The notes under the pieces were generated by a model. That model was not told where the DNA came from. It saw only the letters and a list, made by a program, of their open reading frames with translations, and searched no databases. From Diacronema lutheri (Eukaryota): DNA of 32,000 nt. The stretch spans positions 24,521-56,520 of the forward strand of contig JAGTXO010000066.1 in the NCBI GenBank assembly GCA_019448385.1. Reading direction: 5' to 3'. Shown one piece after another: positions 1 through 19,743 of this stretch. Position numbers and translations under genes: made by a program. The first letter of the stretch is position 1. Each line of letters starts with the position of its first letter.

Positions 1-79
1 GGCGCGCACGGCGCGCGCGCTGCTCACGCGCCGCCCGCTGTCCGCGCCACGCCCTCCGCCCTCCGCCCTCCCCTCCCCG

Positions 80-110
<31 letters not shown>
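80..110 (+). repeat. Homopolymer C tract, about 31 nt, just before a putative 3' splice site (CCTACCCAG|GAG at 124/125)
   Basis: Direct reading of the sequence. Confidence 0.9.
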
Positions 111-124
111 ATCCCCCTACCCAG

Positions 125-2889
125 GAGCCGCTGCGCATCGCAGATGCGCGCCACGCGCCCGTTGGCGGCGCGAGCGCCGCGGGCCACGCCGCGGGCCACG
201 TGGAGTGGGCGCCCGGCGCAAGCGCCGCGCCGTCCGCGCCGCAGACAGACGAGGCCGTGGCGGGGGCGGGCGGGCGCAGTAGCAATGGTGGCGGCGGCAG
301 TGGTGGTGTCAGCAATGGCGGCGAAGGCGGCAGCGGCGGCAGCGCCGGCTTGTCGTTCCGAGGGGCGACGATCACCTTCCAGCGCGTCAGCTACTTCCCG
401 CCCGCGCGCGCGTCGCTCGGCGCGCGGCTCGGCGACGCTGCGGCCGTCGCGTGCGACCTCGGCGCAGCGCTCCTCCGCGGCGGCCGCGGCGGCGGCGGCG
501 GGCGCGGTGGCCGCGGCGGCCGCCGCGGGCTCGCGCACGGCCCGGCGCTGGGCCGAGCGGCGCTGCTTGACCGGCCGCTCGACGATGGCGTCGAGACGGG
601 CGACGGCGCGTGCGCGCAACGCGGCGCGGCCGATGCAGCGCCGCCCGGTGCGGCCGCGACGGGCGGCGGCGCACGCGGCGGCGACCTGCTCGCAGCGCCG
701 TCCGCGCGCGGCGCGCCGCCATGCCTGCTCTCCGTCGCGCGCGGCGTGATACCAAGCGGCGGCGTCTGCGCGATCCTTGGCCCGTCCGGCGCGGGGAAGT
801 CGACGCTGCTCGACATTTTGGCCGGACGCAAGCAGGTCGGGAGCGTGTCCGCACAGGTACAGCTCGACGGCGAGGAGGCGTCGGTCGCGGTCCGGCGGCG
901 GCTGATTGGGTACGTGACGCAAGAGGACTGCTTGCACGGCACGTCCACCGTCTCTGAGTACTTGCACTTCCACGCCGCGCTCCGCCTATCGCCCGACAGA
1001 GGCCGTGCGGACATGGCCGCCGCGCCACGCGCCGCGCGGCCGGCGCGCGGCAGCGGCGGCAGCGGCGGCAGCGGCGGCAGCGGCGGCAGCGGCGGCAGCG
1101 GCGGTGGTGGCGGCGAAACGCGCGCGCTCGCGCGCGCGCGCGAGGCGGCGGCGCGGCAGGCGGCGGTGGAGCGCGTGCTCGCGCAGCTCGGACTGAGCCA
1201 CCGAGCGCACGCGCGCATCGGCGACGCCTTTGTGCGCGGCCTCTCTGGCGGCGAGCGCCGGCGCGTGTCGATCGCGGTCGAGCTGCTCGCGTGCTCGTCC
1301 GGCGCGCTGCTCCTCGACGAGCCACTCTCCGGACTCGATTCGAGCGCGGCGCACAATGTGATGTGTGCGCTCCATGAGCTGGGCGAGGCGGGTGCAACCG
1401 TTGCGCTCTCCGTGCATCAACCGTCGTTTCGAATCTTTGGCCGCTGCTCGTGGCTCCTCCTCGTCGCGCCGGGCGGCAGGCTCGCATACTGCGGACCGCG
1501 CGAGAGCGTCGAGGCGTGGTTCGACGCGCGCGGCGTGCGGCTGCGCGAGCTCTCGCCCAACCCTGCAGAGGCCCTCCTCGATTTGCTCGCGCCGCCCGCA
1601 CCGGCTGAAAGTGGCGGGAGCGCGCGCGCGTGCGACGCGACGGACGCTGAGGCGAGGCTCGACGCGATCTGCGACGCGGCCGTGGAGAGCGCGGGTGAGG
1701 TCTCGGCCGAGCTGCTCGCCGCGCTCGCGCCGCACGGCGCAGCTGCCCGCGCGCCCGCACGCGCGCTTGGCGTCGACGATGGTGACGGTCACGGCACGGC
1801 GTACGCGCCGCACGTCGTCGGGCTGTGCGCGCGCGCCGCCGCGGCGAGCGGCCCGCCATTCTCGCGGCAGTTTGCGCACCTGTGCGCGCGCCAGCTCCGA
1901 CAGACAGTGCGCCACCCGCTCGTCGCCGGCCTCAACTGCGCCGTCACGTCGGTCACGGCACTCGGTCTTGGGCTCCTCTTCCGTGGCGTGACGGACGATC
2001 TGCCCGGCGTGCTCAACAGGTGCGGCGTCATCTTCTTCCTTCTCTCCTTCTTCATGCTCACCGGGCTCGTCGCGCTCTCGCTCTGGCAGCACGAGCGCCT
2101 TCTCTACTTTCACGTCCGCGCACGCACCGCACGGCGCGCCCGCTGGGCGCCGCGCGCGCGCCGTGCTGGCGCCGTGCTGGCGCCGTGCTGGCGCCGTGCT
2201 GGCATGCGTCGCGCCGGCTCCGACAGCGCGCCCTTGCCCTCAACCCCCTATCCCACCCCCCCCCCCCCTACCCCCCGCCGCCCCCCTTGCTCCCCGCCGC
2301 CATGCAGGAGCATTCCGCTGGCTGCTACGGGCCGGGCGCGTGCGTGCTTGCCAAGGCGCTGTGCGAGATGCTGCCTCTGCGCGTGCTGCCCGTCTTCCTC
2401 TTCGGCGCGATCGCCTACCCACTCATCGGGCTCAAGCCGACGGCCGAGGCGGCGGCGTGGTTCGCGCTCGTCGTGTGCCTGGGCAACGCCAACGCCTCTG
2501 CCATGTTCAACTGCATCGGCATCGCGTGCGCAAACTCGGCGCTCGGAACGCTCGTTGCGGTCGTGACGGCGCTGCTGTCGCAGCTCCTCTCTGGCTTCAT
2601 CCTCAACAAAAACTCGCTGCACGGGCCAGCGCTCGGCCTGACGCGTCTGTCGGTGCTCAACTACGCGTTCGAGGCGCTCATGATCAATGAGCTCGAGGGC
2701 GTCGCCATCGTGATCAAGCCCAAGGGCATCGACCAGTCGTTCCCGACGACCGGCCGCGTGATCCTCGATCAGATCGGCATCGACGAGGACAACTTTGGCG
2801 CGGACGTCGCGACGCTGTGCGCGTGGCTCGTTGCGTGCCTCGCACTCTCATACGCGATCCTCAAGTGGTGCGTGCACGAGGCCCGCTGA
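125..2889 (+). CDS. ABCG (White/Scarlet/BCRP-type) half-transporter. Exons 125..2113 and 2308..2889; 5' exon(s) probably lie left of the window
   Basis: Walker A GPSGAGKSTLLDILAGRK, signature motif VRGLSGGERRRVSIAVELL, Walker B LLLDEPLSGLDSSAAHNV, then a hydrophobic C-terminal half. The frame shift between the two ORFs is resolved by a 194-nt GT-AG intron (2114..2307), giving ...ERLLYFH|EHSAGCYGPGACVLAKAL..., typical of ABCG proteins. The frame is open back to a poly-C/CAG acceptor at 124, and the ORF track start at 200 is GTG, so the true start is probably upstream. Confidence 0.88.
1041..1105 (+). repeat. Coding 9-bp tandem repeat (ggcggcagc) encoding a GSGGSGGSGGS-type linker inside the ABC ATPase domain
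   Basis: Peptide RGSGGSGGSGGSGGSGGSGGGGG lies between Walker A and the ABC signature in the ORF. Confidence 0.9.
2162..2203 (+). repeat. 11-bp minisatellite (cgtgctggcgc x about 3.8) inside the ABCG intron
   Basis: Direct reading: cgtgctggcgc repeated at 2162, 2173, 2184 and a partial at 2195. Confidence 0.85.
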
Positions 2890-3518
2890 TCGCGCGCATG
2901 ACGTACGTCGGCCGCTGCGACCGCGAGCCGCACGAGTCGGTGCGATTTCTCGGCAAAGTTGGCAAGCGCCTCGGCTTGGACCGCACGCACCGTCGCCGCG
3001 GCATTTGTGGTGACATTGCGGCGGGACGCACGAGGGGTGCCGCGGGAGCGCCTTGGTCGATCGTTTCGGCGCTCCGCCTTCCTTCCCACGTGCTTCTTCA
3101 AGGCGCAGACCTACGTAGTTTCAGCGCGACCGGGGGGGGCCTTGCGTGGCGATCTCTGGGGTCTAGGTCGAGGCCGAGGCAGACGACGGGCCGCCACTGC
3201 ACCGGTCGGGCGCGCGCATGCCGAGCGCCGCGTACTCCGCGGCGCTCACGCGGCACAGCGCGCTCCAGCCTGCTTCCGTCACGTCGTACTTGCCGGACGT
3301 TGCCTCGCGCGGCGTGGAATGCGCACGGCCCACCACGATGGGCCCGCCCTTGAACGCATGCGGAGCTGCGAGCTGCGATACGTAACCGCGCAGCACGAGC
3401 GGCGTGCCGCGCGCGGCGCTGCGCGCGATCGCGTCGCGCACGTTCGAGCTCGACGCAGCTCGGTCGCTCGCAGCCGCAAGGTCCAAAGCGATGCTCGATG
3501 CTTGCCGGTTGGGGCTCC

Positions 3519-12962
<9,444 letters not shown>

Positions 12963-13048
12963 ACGGCGGCAGGACGTGCGGCGCGGGTGTGCGCACTGCG
13001 CACGGTTGGCAGACTGGCAGTTGAGGTCGTGGAAGGCGGGTGGTCGAC

Positions 13049-13086
13049 GCCGACGGCCGACGGCCGACGGCCGACGGGCCGACGGC
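13049..13086 (+). repeat. Short 7-bp tandem repeat (cgacggc-like, about 4-5 copies)
   Basis: cgccgacggccgacggccgacggccgacgggccgacgg read directly. Confidence 0.75.
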
Positions 13087-13302
13087 AGCTGGTCGACAGG
13101 TCGTGTGGGCGGTGGCCGGAGGGACAGAGACTCCGCGTGGCACATGCACCATGGCCGAGCCCGCGAGCCGCCAATGCCTCTTGTGTCCTCGCCTCAAGGC
13201 TGCGTCGTCCGCCCGGCCGGCGCCCGGCCGCCCGCCCGTCGGCCCGCCAAAAACCTCGAAGCCAAAAACGGCGGGCGGTGCGGCCACCTCATCGGACGCA
13301 GC

Positions 13303-14142
13303 ATGCACAACTCGTACGAGGTCGTTGAGAGCATCGACGGGACGTCGTGGATGATGCCGCCGGCAGAGGCGGATGATGACAGCGTCGCCGACGAGGCAAT
13401 TGCCTCGCTCGCGCTCCTAATCCAGGGCAGCGGCAGGCCTCGCGACGACGCAGACGGCGAGCGCGCCACGTCTGCCCTCAGCCTCGCGTCGTCTGCGGAG
13501 CTGATCGAGGACGCGACGGTGCCGCCGCTGGCGCCGGCAGCGACGGTGGCGCAGACAATCGGGGCCAAGCGCGCGTTTCATCGCCACGCGCTCCGAAAGG
13601 CCGCGCTCGCACTCCTCGGCGTCGCGATGCTCGCGGCGATCTGCGCGGACGCGGACGCGTGGCGGCGCGCGCGCTCCGTCGCGGCGCCGACGGCGCGCAA
13701 AGTGGGCGATCCCGCCCAGCCGCGTGGCGCGCGATCGTTTGCACCGTCAGCCAGCGCTGGCTTCGACGCGTCGCCGCCGCCGCCGCCGACGAGCTCGCCC
13801 GCCGAGCCCGCCCGCCCGTCCGCGCTGGCGTGGGCGCTCATGCGCAGGCACGCGCTCGCTCCGTGCTCGGTCAAGCAGCTCGGCCTGTCGTTCGGGCTGG
13901 GCATGCTCGGGTTGGCGGTCGGCGTGCCGTACGTCCCGGGCCTGACCGACAACCTCGTCGTCGGCGCCCTCGCCGGCGCGCTGCCTCTGGCCGCCGACCT
14001 GCCGTGCGGCCTGCCCGCGTGGCAGCAGTGGGCGGGCGGCGGCTCGGCTGCCGAGTTTGAGCGCAACGCGACGAGCGGCAAGGACGCGCTGGGCGAGCTC
14101 AAGGCGTGGTTGCCGGCGTGGGCCTCGTGGGCGTCGTGGTGA
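13303..14142 (+). CDS. Hypothetical protein with predicted hydrophobic segments (ALRKAALALLGVAMLAAICA; LGLSFGLGMLGLAVGVPYVPGLTDNLVVGALAGALPL)
   Basis: Open frame with a non-repetitive N-terminus (MHNSYEVVESIDGTSWMMPPAEADDDSVADEAIASLALLIQ) and hydrophobic stretches; no family recognised. Confidence 0.5.
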   Translation: MHNSYEVVESIDGTSWMMPPAEADDDSVADEAIASLALLIQGSGRPRDDADGERATSALSLASSAELIEDATVPPLAPAATVAQTIGAKRAFHRHALRKAALALLGVAMLAAICADADAWRRARSVAAPTARKVGDPAQPRGARSFAPSASAGFDASPPPPPTSSPAEPARPSALAWALMRRHALAPCSVKQLGLSFGLGMLGLAVGVPYVPGLTDNLVVGALAGALPLAADLPCGLPAWQQWAGGGSAAEFERNATSGKDALGELKAWLPAWASWASW

Positions 14143-14360
14143 GCCGGCACGCCGGCACGCCCGGCACAGCCCAGCACCAGGGTCGGCTGGTCGGGCCGGG
14201 GCGCCGAGCCGCCGACACCCAGACCGAACTCCAAAATAAAGGCTTTTGAACAGCTGCGAGGCACCGTGGTCCCCGTCGGCGCGGCGCGCGCCGGCGCGGC
14301 CGTGCCGGCCGGCAGCTTCGAAACGCCGGCTGCCTTGACGACGCCTGCCTTTGCCATCCA

Positions 14361-14677
14361 GGCTGCGCCCTCGCGCTCTGCTGGCCGCGCTCCGCGCGCC
14401 CCGCCGCCCCTGCCCATCGACTGCGCCGGCACCGCGAACAACGTACTTTTCGCCCCGGTCGGTGGGTTTGGGGGTGGCGGGGCGCGCGCGCACGGCCGCA
14501 CGAGCGACGGCGGCGTGGCCTTCTCTACGACGAAACCTTCGCTTGCGACGGCTGCGCCCTCGCGCTCTGCTGGCCGCGCTCCGCGCGCCCCGCCGCCCCT
14601 GCCCATCGACTGCGCCGGCACCGCGAACAACGTACTTTTCGCCCCGGTCGGTGGGTTTGGGGGTGGCGGGGCGCGCG
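14361..14677. repeat. Direct duplication of about 128 bp (14361..14488 and 14550..14677, 189-bp offset)
   Basis: ggctgcgccctcgcgctctgctggccgcgctccgcgcgccccgccgcccctgcccatcgactgcgccggcaccgcgaacaacgtacttttcgccccggtcggtgggtttgggggtggcggggcgcgcg is present twice, apparently identical. Confidence 0.92.
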
Positions 14678-15028
14678 TGCGCGGCCACGCGGCCAGCATC
14701 GCGGCGCTTGCCACGCTGGCGGCGGGTGGCGGTGCGCTTCGCCGCGGCGACAGGGGGCTGCGACGCGGCGGGGAGGGCGGCGGCTCGCTGGCGGCGGGCG
14801 TCGCGCTCTGCAGCGGCGGCGGGCGGCTTGGCGACGTGGCAGGCGGCGGCTCGGGGGTGGCGGTCGTCGCCGACGATCTTCGGGCCTCGGCGTGCGCGTG
14901 CGCGTCGGCCGGTGGTGTGATTGACGGCAGCCACCGGTGCGGCGGCGCGCGGGCGGCGGCGCGCGGTGGCTAGGCGCGTGTGGGCCTTTGGGCCTGCTCC
15001 GCCTGGCGCCTCGCTGCGCACTTCCTGA

Positions 15029-15066
15029 CCCCATCTGTTGACCCGTCGGAAAGCGTCGTTAGTATA
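15029..15066 (+). promoter_or_regulatory. Copy 1 of a shared 38-nt upstream element ending in AAGCGTCGTTAGTATA, followed by an A-rich tract and the palindrome GCTTTTTAAAAAGC (15137..15150)
   Basis: 32/38 match with 26499..26536, including 16 consecutive identical bases; located about 100 nt upstream of the aminotransferase ATG. Confidence 0.5.
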
Positions 15067-15168
15067 CTTTAAAAAGGGGAAAAAGAGAAAAGTCAAAAGT
15101 CAAAAGACGTCAAAACTCAAAAGAGGAAAAAAGAGCGCTTTTTAAAAAGCCCGCAGCACGCGCGACGA

Positions 15169-16932
15169 ATGCGAGCTTTCACACCCGCGTGCCCGCTCGG
15201 GCTGCCGGCGCGCCTCGCGCTGTCAGCGGGATGCTCGGCGCTGCCCTTCGTGCTGCAGCTCTCGCCACCCGCCTTCTACGCCATCGGCGCGCTTGCGTGG
15301 GTCTGCCTCGCGCGCGCGGCCTACAAGGCCGCGATGACCGCGCACGCGTTTGCGTGGACCCCCAAGATCGCGCGCATGACCGCGCCCTTTCTGCCAAAGT
15401 ACTCCTTCTCGGAGGAGGGCTCGTTCTACACGGCGGACGGTGCGCCGGCGGACGTGGTCGCCAAGCGGCGCGCCGGCATGGCCATGCTCACCGCCCAGTT
15501 CGACAAGCTCTCGGCCGGCAAGGAGTCGGCCGAGCTCAACGCGGCGATCAAGGAGGGTCTGAGTGACATCCGCTTCACGGACACGAACCGCGTTCCTTTC
15601 CCGTTCCAGGCGGTGGTGCGCGCGAAGCTGTCCGTTTCAACCGTCGTGAAGAGCTCCGAAGGCCCGTGGCTCGTCGACACATCGGGCAACCGCGCGCTCG
15701 ACGTCTCAGGCTCGTACGGCGTCAACGTGGCGGGCTACGATCGGTACAAGGCGTTCGCGAAGCACGGGCTCGCGACGGTGGAGGCGCTCGGGCCGAACGT
15801 GCTCGGGCCGCTGCATCCGGTCATTGCGCCCGTCATCGGCGCGCTGCGCGCGATCTCCGGCCTCGAGGAGGTTTCTTTCCACATGTCCGGTACCGAGGCC
15901 GTCATGTGCGCGGTCCGGCTCTGCCGGTTCAACACCAAGCGCCCGCTGATTGTCGTCTTCTCCGGCGCGTACCACGGCTGGTGGGACGGCGTGCAGCCGG
16001 GCCCGGGCTCCGAGCGACCCGTCGCCGACGTGCTCTGCCTCAAGGACATGGCGCCCGCATCGCTCGCGCTCATCAAGCTGCGCGCGAGTGAGATCGCCGC
16101 CGTGCTCGTCTCGCCGCTGCAGGGGCTCAACCCGAACGCGTCGCCACCGTCCGACATGGTGCTGATGGACTCAAAGATGCGCAAGGCGGAAGAGTCCGTC
16201 AGGCTGTACACGCAGTGGCTGCACACCTTGCGCGACGCGTGCACCACCGCCAACGTGCCGCTGATCTTCGACGAAGTGTACACGGGCTTCCGCATGTCCA
16301 CGCGCGGCGCGCAGGCCTTTTACGGCGTGCAGTCGGACATCGTCGTGTACGGCAAGACGCTCGGCGGTGGCATGCCGGTGGGCGTCGTGTGCGGCCGGCG
16401 CGAGCTGATGAGGCGCTTCGACGCCGACCACCCCGTGCGCGTCGCGTACGTGATCGGCACGTTTGCGGCCGCGCCGCTCACGCTCGGCTGCATGGACGCG
16501 TTCCTCACGTGGGTGCAGTCGGCCGACGCGGCGGGCGCGTACGCGGAGGCGCAGCGGCTGACGGACGACTTCATCACCCGCGGCAACAAGGCGCTCGTCG
16601 CCGAGGGCTTCCCGCTCCGCCTGCAGAATCTGACGACCGTGTGGACTGTGCTCTTCACGACCCCCGGCCGTTACCACTGGCTTTTCCAATACTACCTGCG
16701 CGCGGAGGGCGTCGCGCTCTCGTGGGTGGGCACGGGCCGCTGCCTCTTCAGCCTCGACTTCAAGCCGGCCGACTACGACGCGCTCCTGACGCGCCTCCTC
16801 GCCGCCGCGCGCCGCATGCGCGACGACGGCTGGTGGCACGCGGGCGTCACGTCGCAGCAGATCAAGGCGCGGATGGGCACCGAGTTTGCCAAGCAGCTCC
16901 TCGGCCTCGGCGACAAAGTCAAGGCCAACTGA
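15169..16932 (+). CDS. Class III PLP-dependent aminotransferase (glutamate-1-semialdehyde aminomutase-like family) with an N-terminal hydrophobic region
   Basis: Intact 587-aa ORF. EEVSFHMSGTEAVMCAVRLCR, VVFSGAYHGWWDG, PLIFDEVYTGFR and PLP-lysine segment VVYGKTLGGGMPVGVVCGRRELM; N-terminal membrane-like ALPFVLQLSPPAFYAIGALAWVCLARAA. Confidence 0.9.
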   Translation: MRAFTPACPLGLPARLALSAGCSALPFVLQLSPPAFYAIGALAWVCLARAAYKAAMTAHAFAWTPKIARMTAPFLPKYSFSEEGSFYTADGAPADVVAKRRAGMAMLTAQFDKLSAGKESAELNAAIKEGLSDIRFTDTNRVPFPFQAVVRAKLSVSTVVKSSEGPWLVDTSGNRALDVSGSYGVNVAGYDRYKAFAKHGLATVEALGPNVLGPLHPVIAPVIGALRAISGLEEVSFHMSGTEAVMCAVRLCRFNTKRPLIVVFSGAYHGWWDGVQPGPGSERPVADVLCLKDMAPASLALIKLRASEIAAVLVSPLQGLNPNASPPSDMVLMDSKMRKAEESVRLYTQWLHTLRDACTTANVPLIFDEVYTGFRMSTRGAQAFYGVQSDIVVYGKTLGGGMPVGVVCGRRELMRRFDADHPVRVAYVIGTFAAAPLTLGCMDAFLTWVQSADAAGAYAEAQRLTDDFITRGNKALVAEGFPLRLQNLTTVWTVLFTTPGRYHWLFQYYLRAEGVALSWVGTGRCLFSLDFKPADYDALLTRLLAAARRMRDDGWWHAGVTSQQIKARMGTEFAKQLLGLGDKVKAN

Positions 16933-17322
16933 CGCGCCAGCTCTAGCGCGCGCGCGCGGGCGGGCAGGCAGCGTGCGAAGCGCGGCACGCCGCGCGCGCG
17001 CACCTCCGGGCTTTTCGCGCCTGTTCGATGGCGCTCGCGCGGTGTGTGTCATGTTGCCGCGCGCCGGAGGTCGCGCGCGCGCTTGGCGAGTGTCCGTCGG
17101 AGATCCGACGGCAAGTGTGAGACGTGGGCGAGTGTCCGTTGTTCGCAGTCAGGCAAGCGACGGAGCCGAAACTCACGGGCGATCGTTGTTCCGCGTTCAT
17201 CTGCCGAGGCAACCGTGCCGCTGGACCGGTGTGCACCGCGCGCACGCCGGGCGCTGCGGACGTGCCACGTGTCCGTCCGTGTTCGGCCGGCGCGCGCTCA
17301 TACCGTTTGCAAAGCCGGCAAT

Positions 17323-19331
17323 TCAGAGCATTCGATGGTAGGACGCGCCGTTGGACAGCAGCGGCGCGCGCGCGCGCGCCTCGCCGTTGAGCAGCATCGC
17401 CGGCGCGGCCTCGACGTCCACGCCGGCGCCGGTGGCGGCTGCGCCGCCGCGCCGGCCGTCACCGGCCGCCGGCGCGTCCGCGCCGTCCAACTCGCCACTG
17501 ACCGAGTCTGGCCGATCGACCGTGTAGTAGCGCGTGAGCGTGAAGCCGAGCGTGGGCTCGCCCGCCGCGTCGGCGGCGCTCGGCTTGCGGAACGGCGAGA
17601 GCGACGAGAGGCCCGGACCGGACAGCGCGGGCGCGGCGCGCGCGGGCGTTTCGGCGCCGGCGGCAGTACCGCTCGGCAGCGCGCGCTGCGTGACCACCCA
17701 GCCGTTGTCCCGCTTGGCGATGATGCTGAAAAGCGAGTAGAGCACGAGCGAGGCCTGGAAGCACAAGTAGACTGGCCCCGTGAAGTAGAAGAGAAGGACG
17801 AAGGCCCACGACCTCCACGCCTGGTGGATGACGAGCTGGCTGAGCATGACACACGTCGAGACTGAGTAGAACGCGCCGCCGATGAGCAGCTCGGCGTTGA
17901 GCCACGGGCCCCACGGGTAGCCCGCATAGACGAGCGCGACGATCGGGTGCACGATACCCGCAATCAGCCCGATCGAGCACGCCATCCACCGGCCCGGAAA
18001 CACATAATAAAGCCCGGCCTTCTCGCGGAAGCTCAGGTTGGAGCGCGCGATCGCGTCAAAGTACAAGATGCTCACTTGGTCCCAGCCCATCGCCCAGCGC
18101 TGGCGCTGGCGCCAGAAAGCGCGCAGGTTGGCCGGCGACAGCTCGCCGGACCGAGCCTCCGGACAGAAGCGAATTTTCTGCCGGCTGAGCACGGCGCGCG
18201 CCTGAGCGGTGCAGCGCGCGCGGCCGTGAGCGGGGCAAAACCGCGTGAGCGCAAAGCAGGCGCCGCCGCCGCCGCAGGCGAGGGCACCGGCGGCGTGCGG
18301 TGCGCAGGTGGGCGGCTGCGCGTGCGGCGCTCGAAAGGTGCGAGCTCGTGCCCGCTGGCGCGCGCCGCCATGCGCCGGCCGCCGGTCGGGCGTTGGAGCG
18401 GCCGTGGTGGCGCGCGCGTGCTGCGGATCGGTGCGCGCGTGTGCCGCTGCTGCACTGCGCTCACGGAGCACTCAATGTCCTCCGTCTGCACGACAGTGGA
18501 AAAGGTGAAGTTGACGAGCGAGTGGTAGCGCCAGAGCGCGACACTGCCTCCAAAGAAGCCCGTCTGCCCGATGAGCTCAATCGCCGGCATCCAGATGAAG
18601 TACGTGACGAAAAACTCGGCGTCGATAATATTTGCAAGCAGCCACGCGAGCACCTGCCCGAGCGCGCCGCACCCGCCGCCGCGGCCGGCGTGCGCGGCGA
18701 GGGTGCGGTTGCGGATGTAGGTGGAACCTTGCACGCAGTCCACCTCGTGTTGCAGCAAGAAGACCATCAGCGTCGTCAGGCAGTCCGCGTCCGGGTGGTG
18801 GTCGGCGTCGAAGATCGCGACGTACTTCGCCTCGGCCGGGTCGAGCACCGCGCCGATCACGTGGTTGAGGTTCTCGGCCTTGGAGCGCGAGCCGTCGACG
18901 TGATGGATGCGCACCGTCCGCCCCAGCTTGCCGTGCGTTGTGCCATCGAGCGCCGCCAGCCGCGCCTCCTCGGCCGGGAGCGGCGCGGGCGTGTTGTAGA
19001 CGACGTGCAGCGTCACATCGCCCGGGTACGCGACATTGTCGCAGATGTGGTCGATGGTCGAGTGGATGATGGCCTTCTCGTTGGGCAGGAAGCACGGCAC
19101 GACGACGCTCACAGCCTCGTACGCGAGCGCGTCCTTCCACTTGTGCCGCTGCACCGCCGCGCGGTGACGCTTGTACGCCGACCTGCAGATGTTGACCGAC
19201 ATCAGCGCGTTGAGGAGGTCGACGAGGAGCCAGAGGCTGAAGTAGACCCAGTCGGCGGCGGACATGTAGCCGTCATCCGAGAAGACGAGCGGCAGCGGGT
19301 CGACGAGCTCCACCACCGGCACTTGCACCAT
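17323..19331 (-). CDS. Membrane-bound processive glycosyltransferase, GT2/cellulose synthase-like. Exons 18465..19331 and 17323..18201
   Basis: SVVVPCFLPNEKAIIHSTIDHI, VAIFDADHHPDADCLTTLMVF (DxD-type), TEDIE and QRQRWAMGWDQV (QxxRW), plus several transmembrane segments. A 263-nt GT-AG intron (18202..18464) yields VVQTEDIECS|ARAVLSRQKIRFCPEARSGELSPANLRAFWRQRQRW. Confidence 0.88.
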
Positions 19332-19743
19332 GGGCTCAAGGCAGGTGCGGAGGGTGGGCGCCCGAGAGGAAGACGCTCCGGGGAACGCAAATCGCGCGGC
19401 TCCGCCGTTGCCGCGAGGAGTGGGAAAACCGGCGCCTTTCCTACGAAAGATGATGGGCAGTGAGTGGCTAGGCGGAGGGATCAGGGGCTCGGTCGAGCGC
19501 CTCGAGTGCAGCGCGGGCCGTTCGGAAGGACTGCCTTGTGAGGGAGCTCTTCGCTTGGCGAGCGGGGGAGCACGACGCTCCAACGGCGCGGACCGGCTGG
19601 TGCGGCGCGCTCGGCCATGGGCGGCGGCGTGCACGGGCGTTCTTTGAGCCCGCCTTTGAGTTTCGCTCCCTCCGCGCCGCCCGACCGGCGGGCCACGCTT
19701 GATCGGCCGGCAGGCTCACCAAGTCGCCACGGTGCGCTCGGGC

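Noticed and set aside
387-1859. Minus-strand ORFs over the ABCG exon (387..1859, 986..2113)
   Set aside because: Shadow ORFs antisense to a clear ABC ATPase; no recognisable domain.
15066-15160. A-rich tract (aaaagtcaaaagtcaaaagacgtcaaaactcaaaag) as a retroposon poly(A) tail
   Set aside because: No target-site duplication or upstream retroposon body was seen; treated instead as a promoter or 5'UTR AT-rich region, though not excluded.
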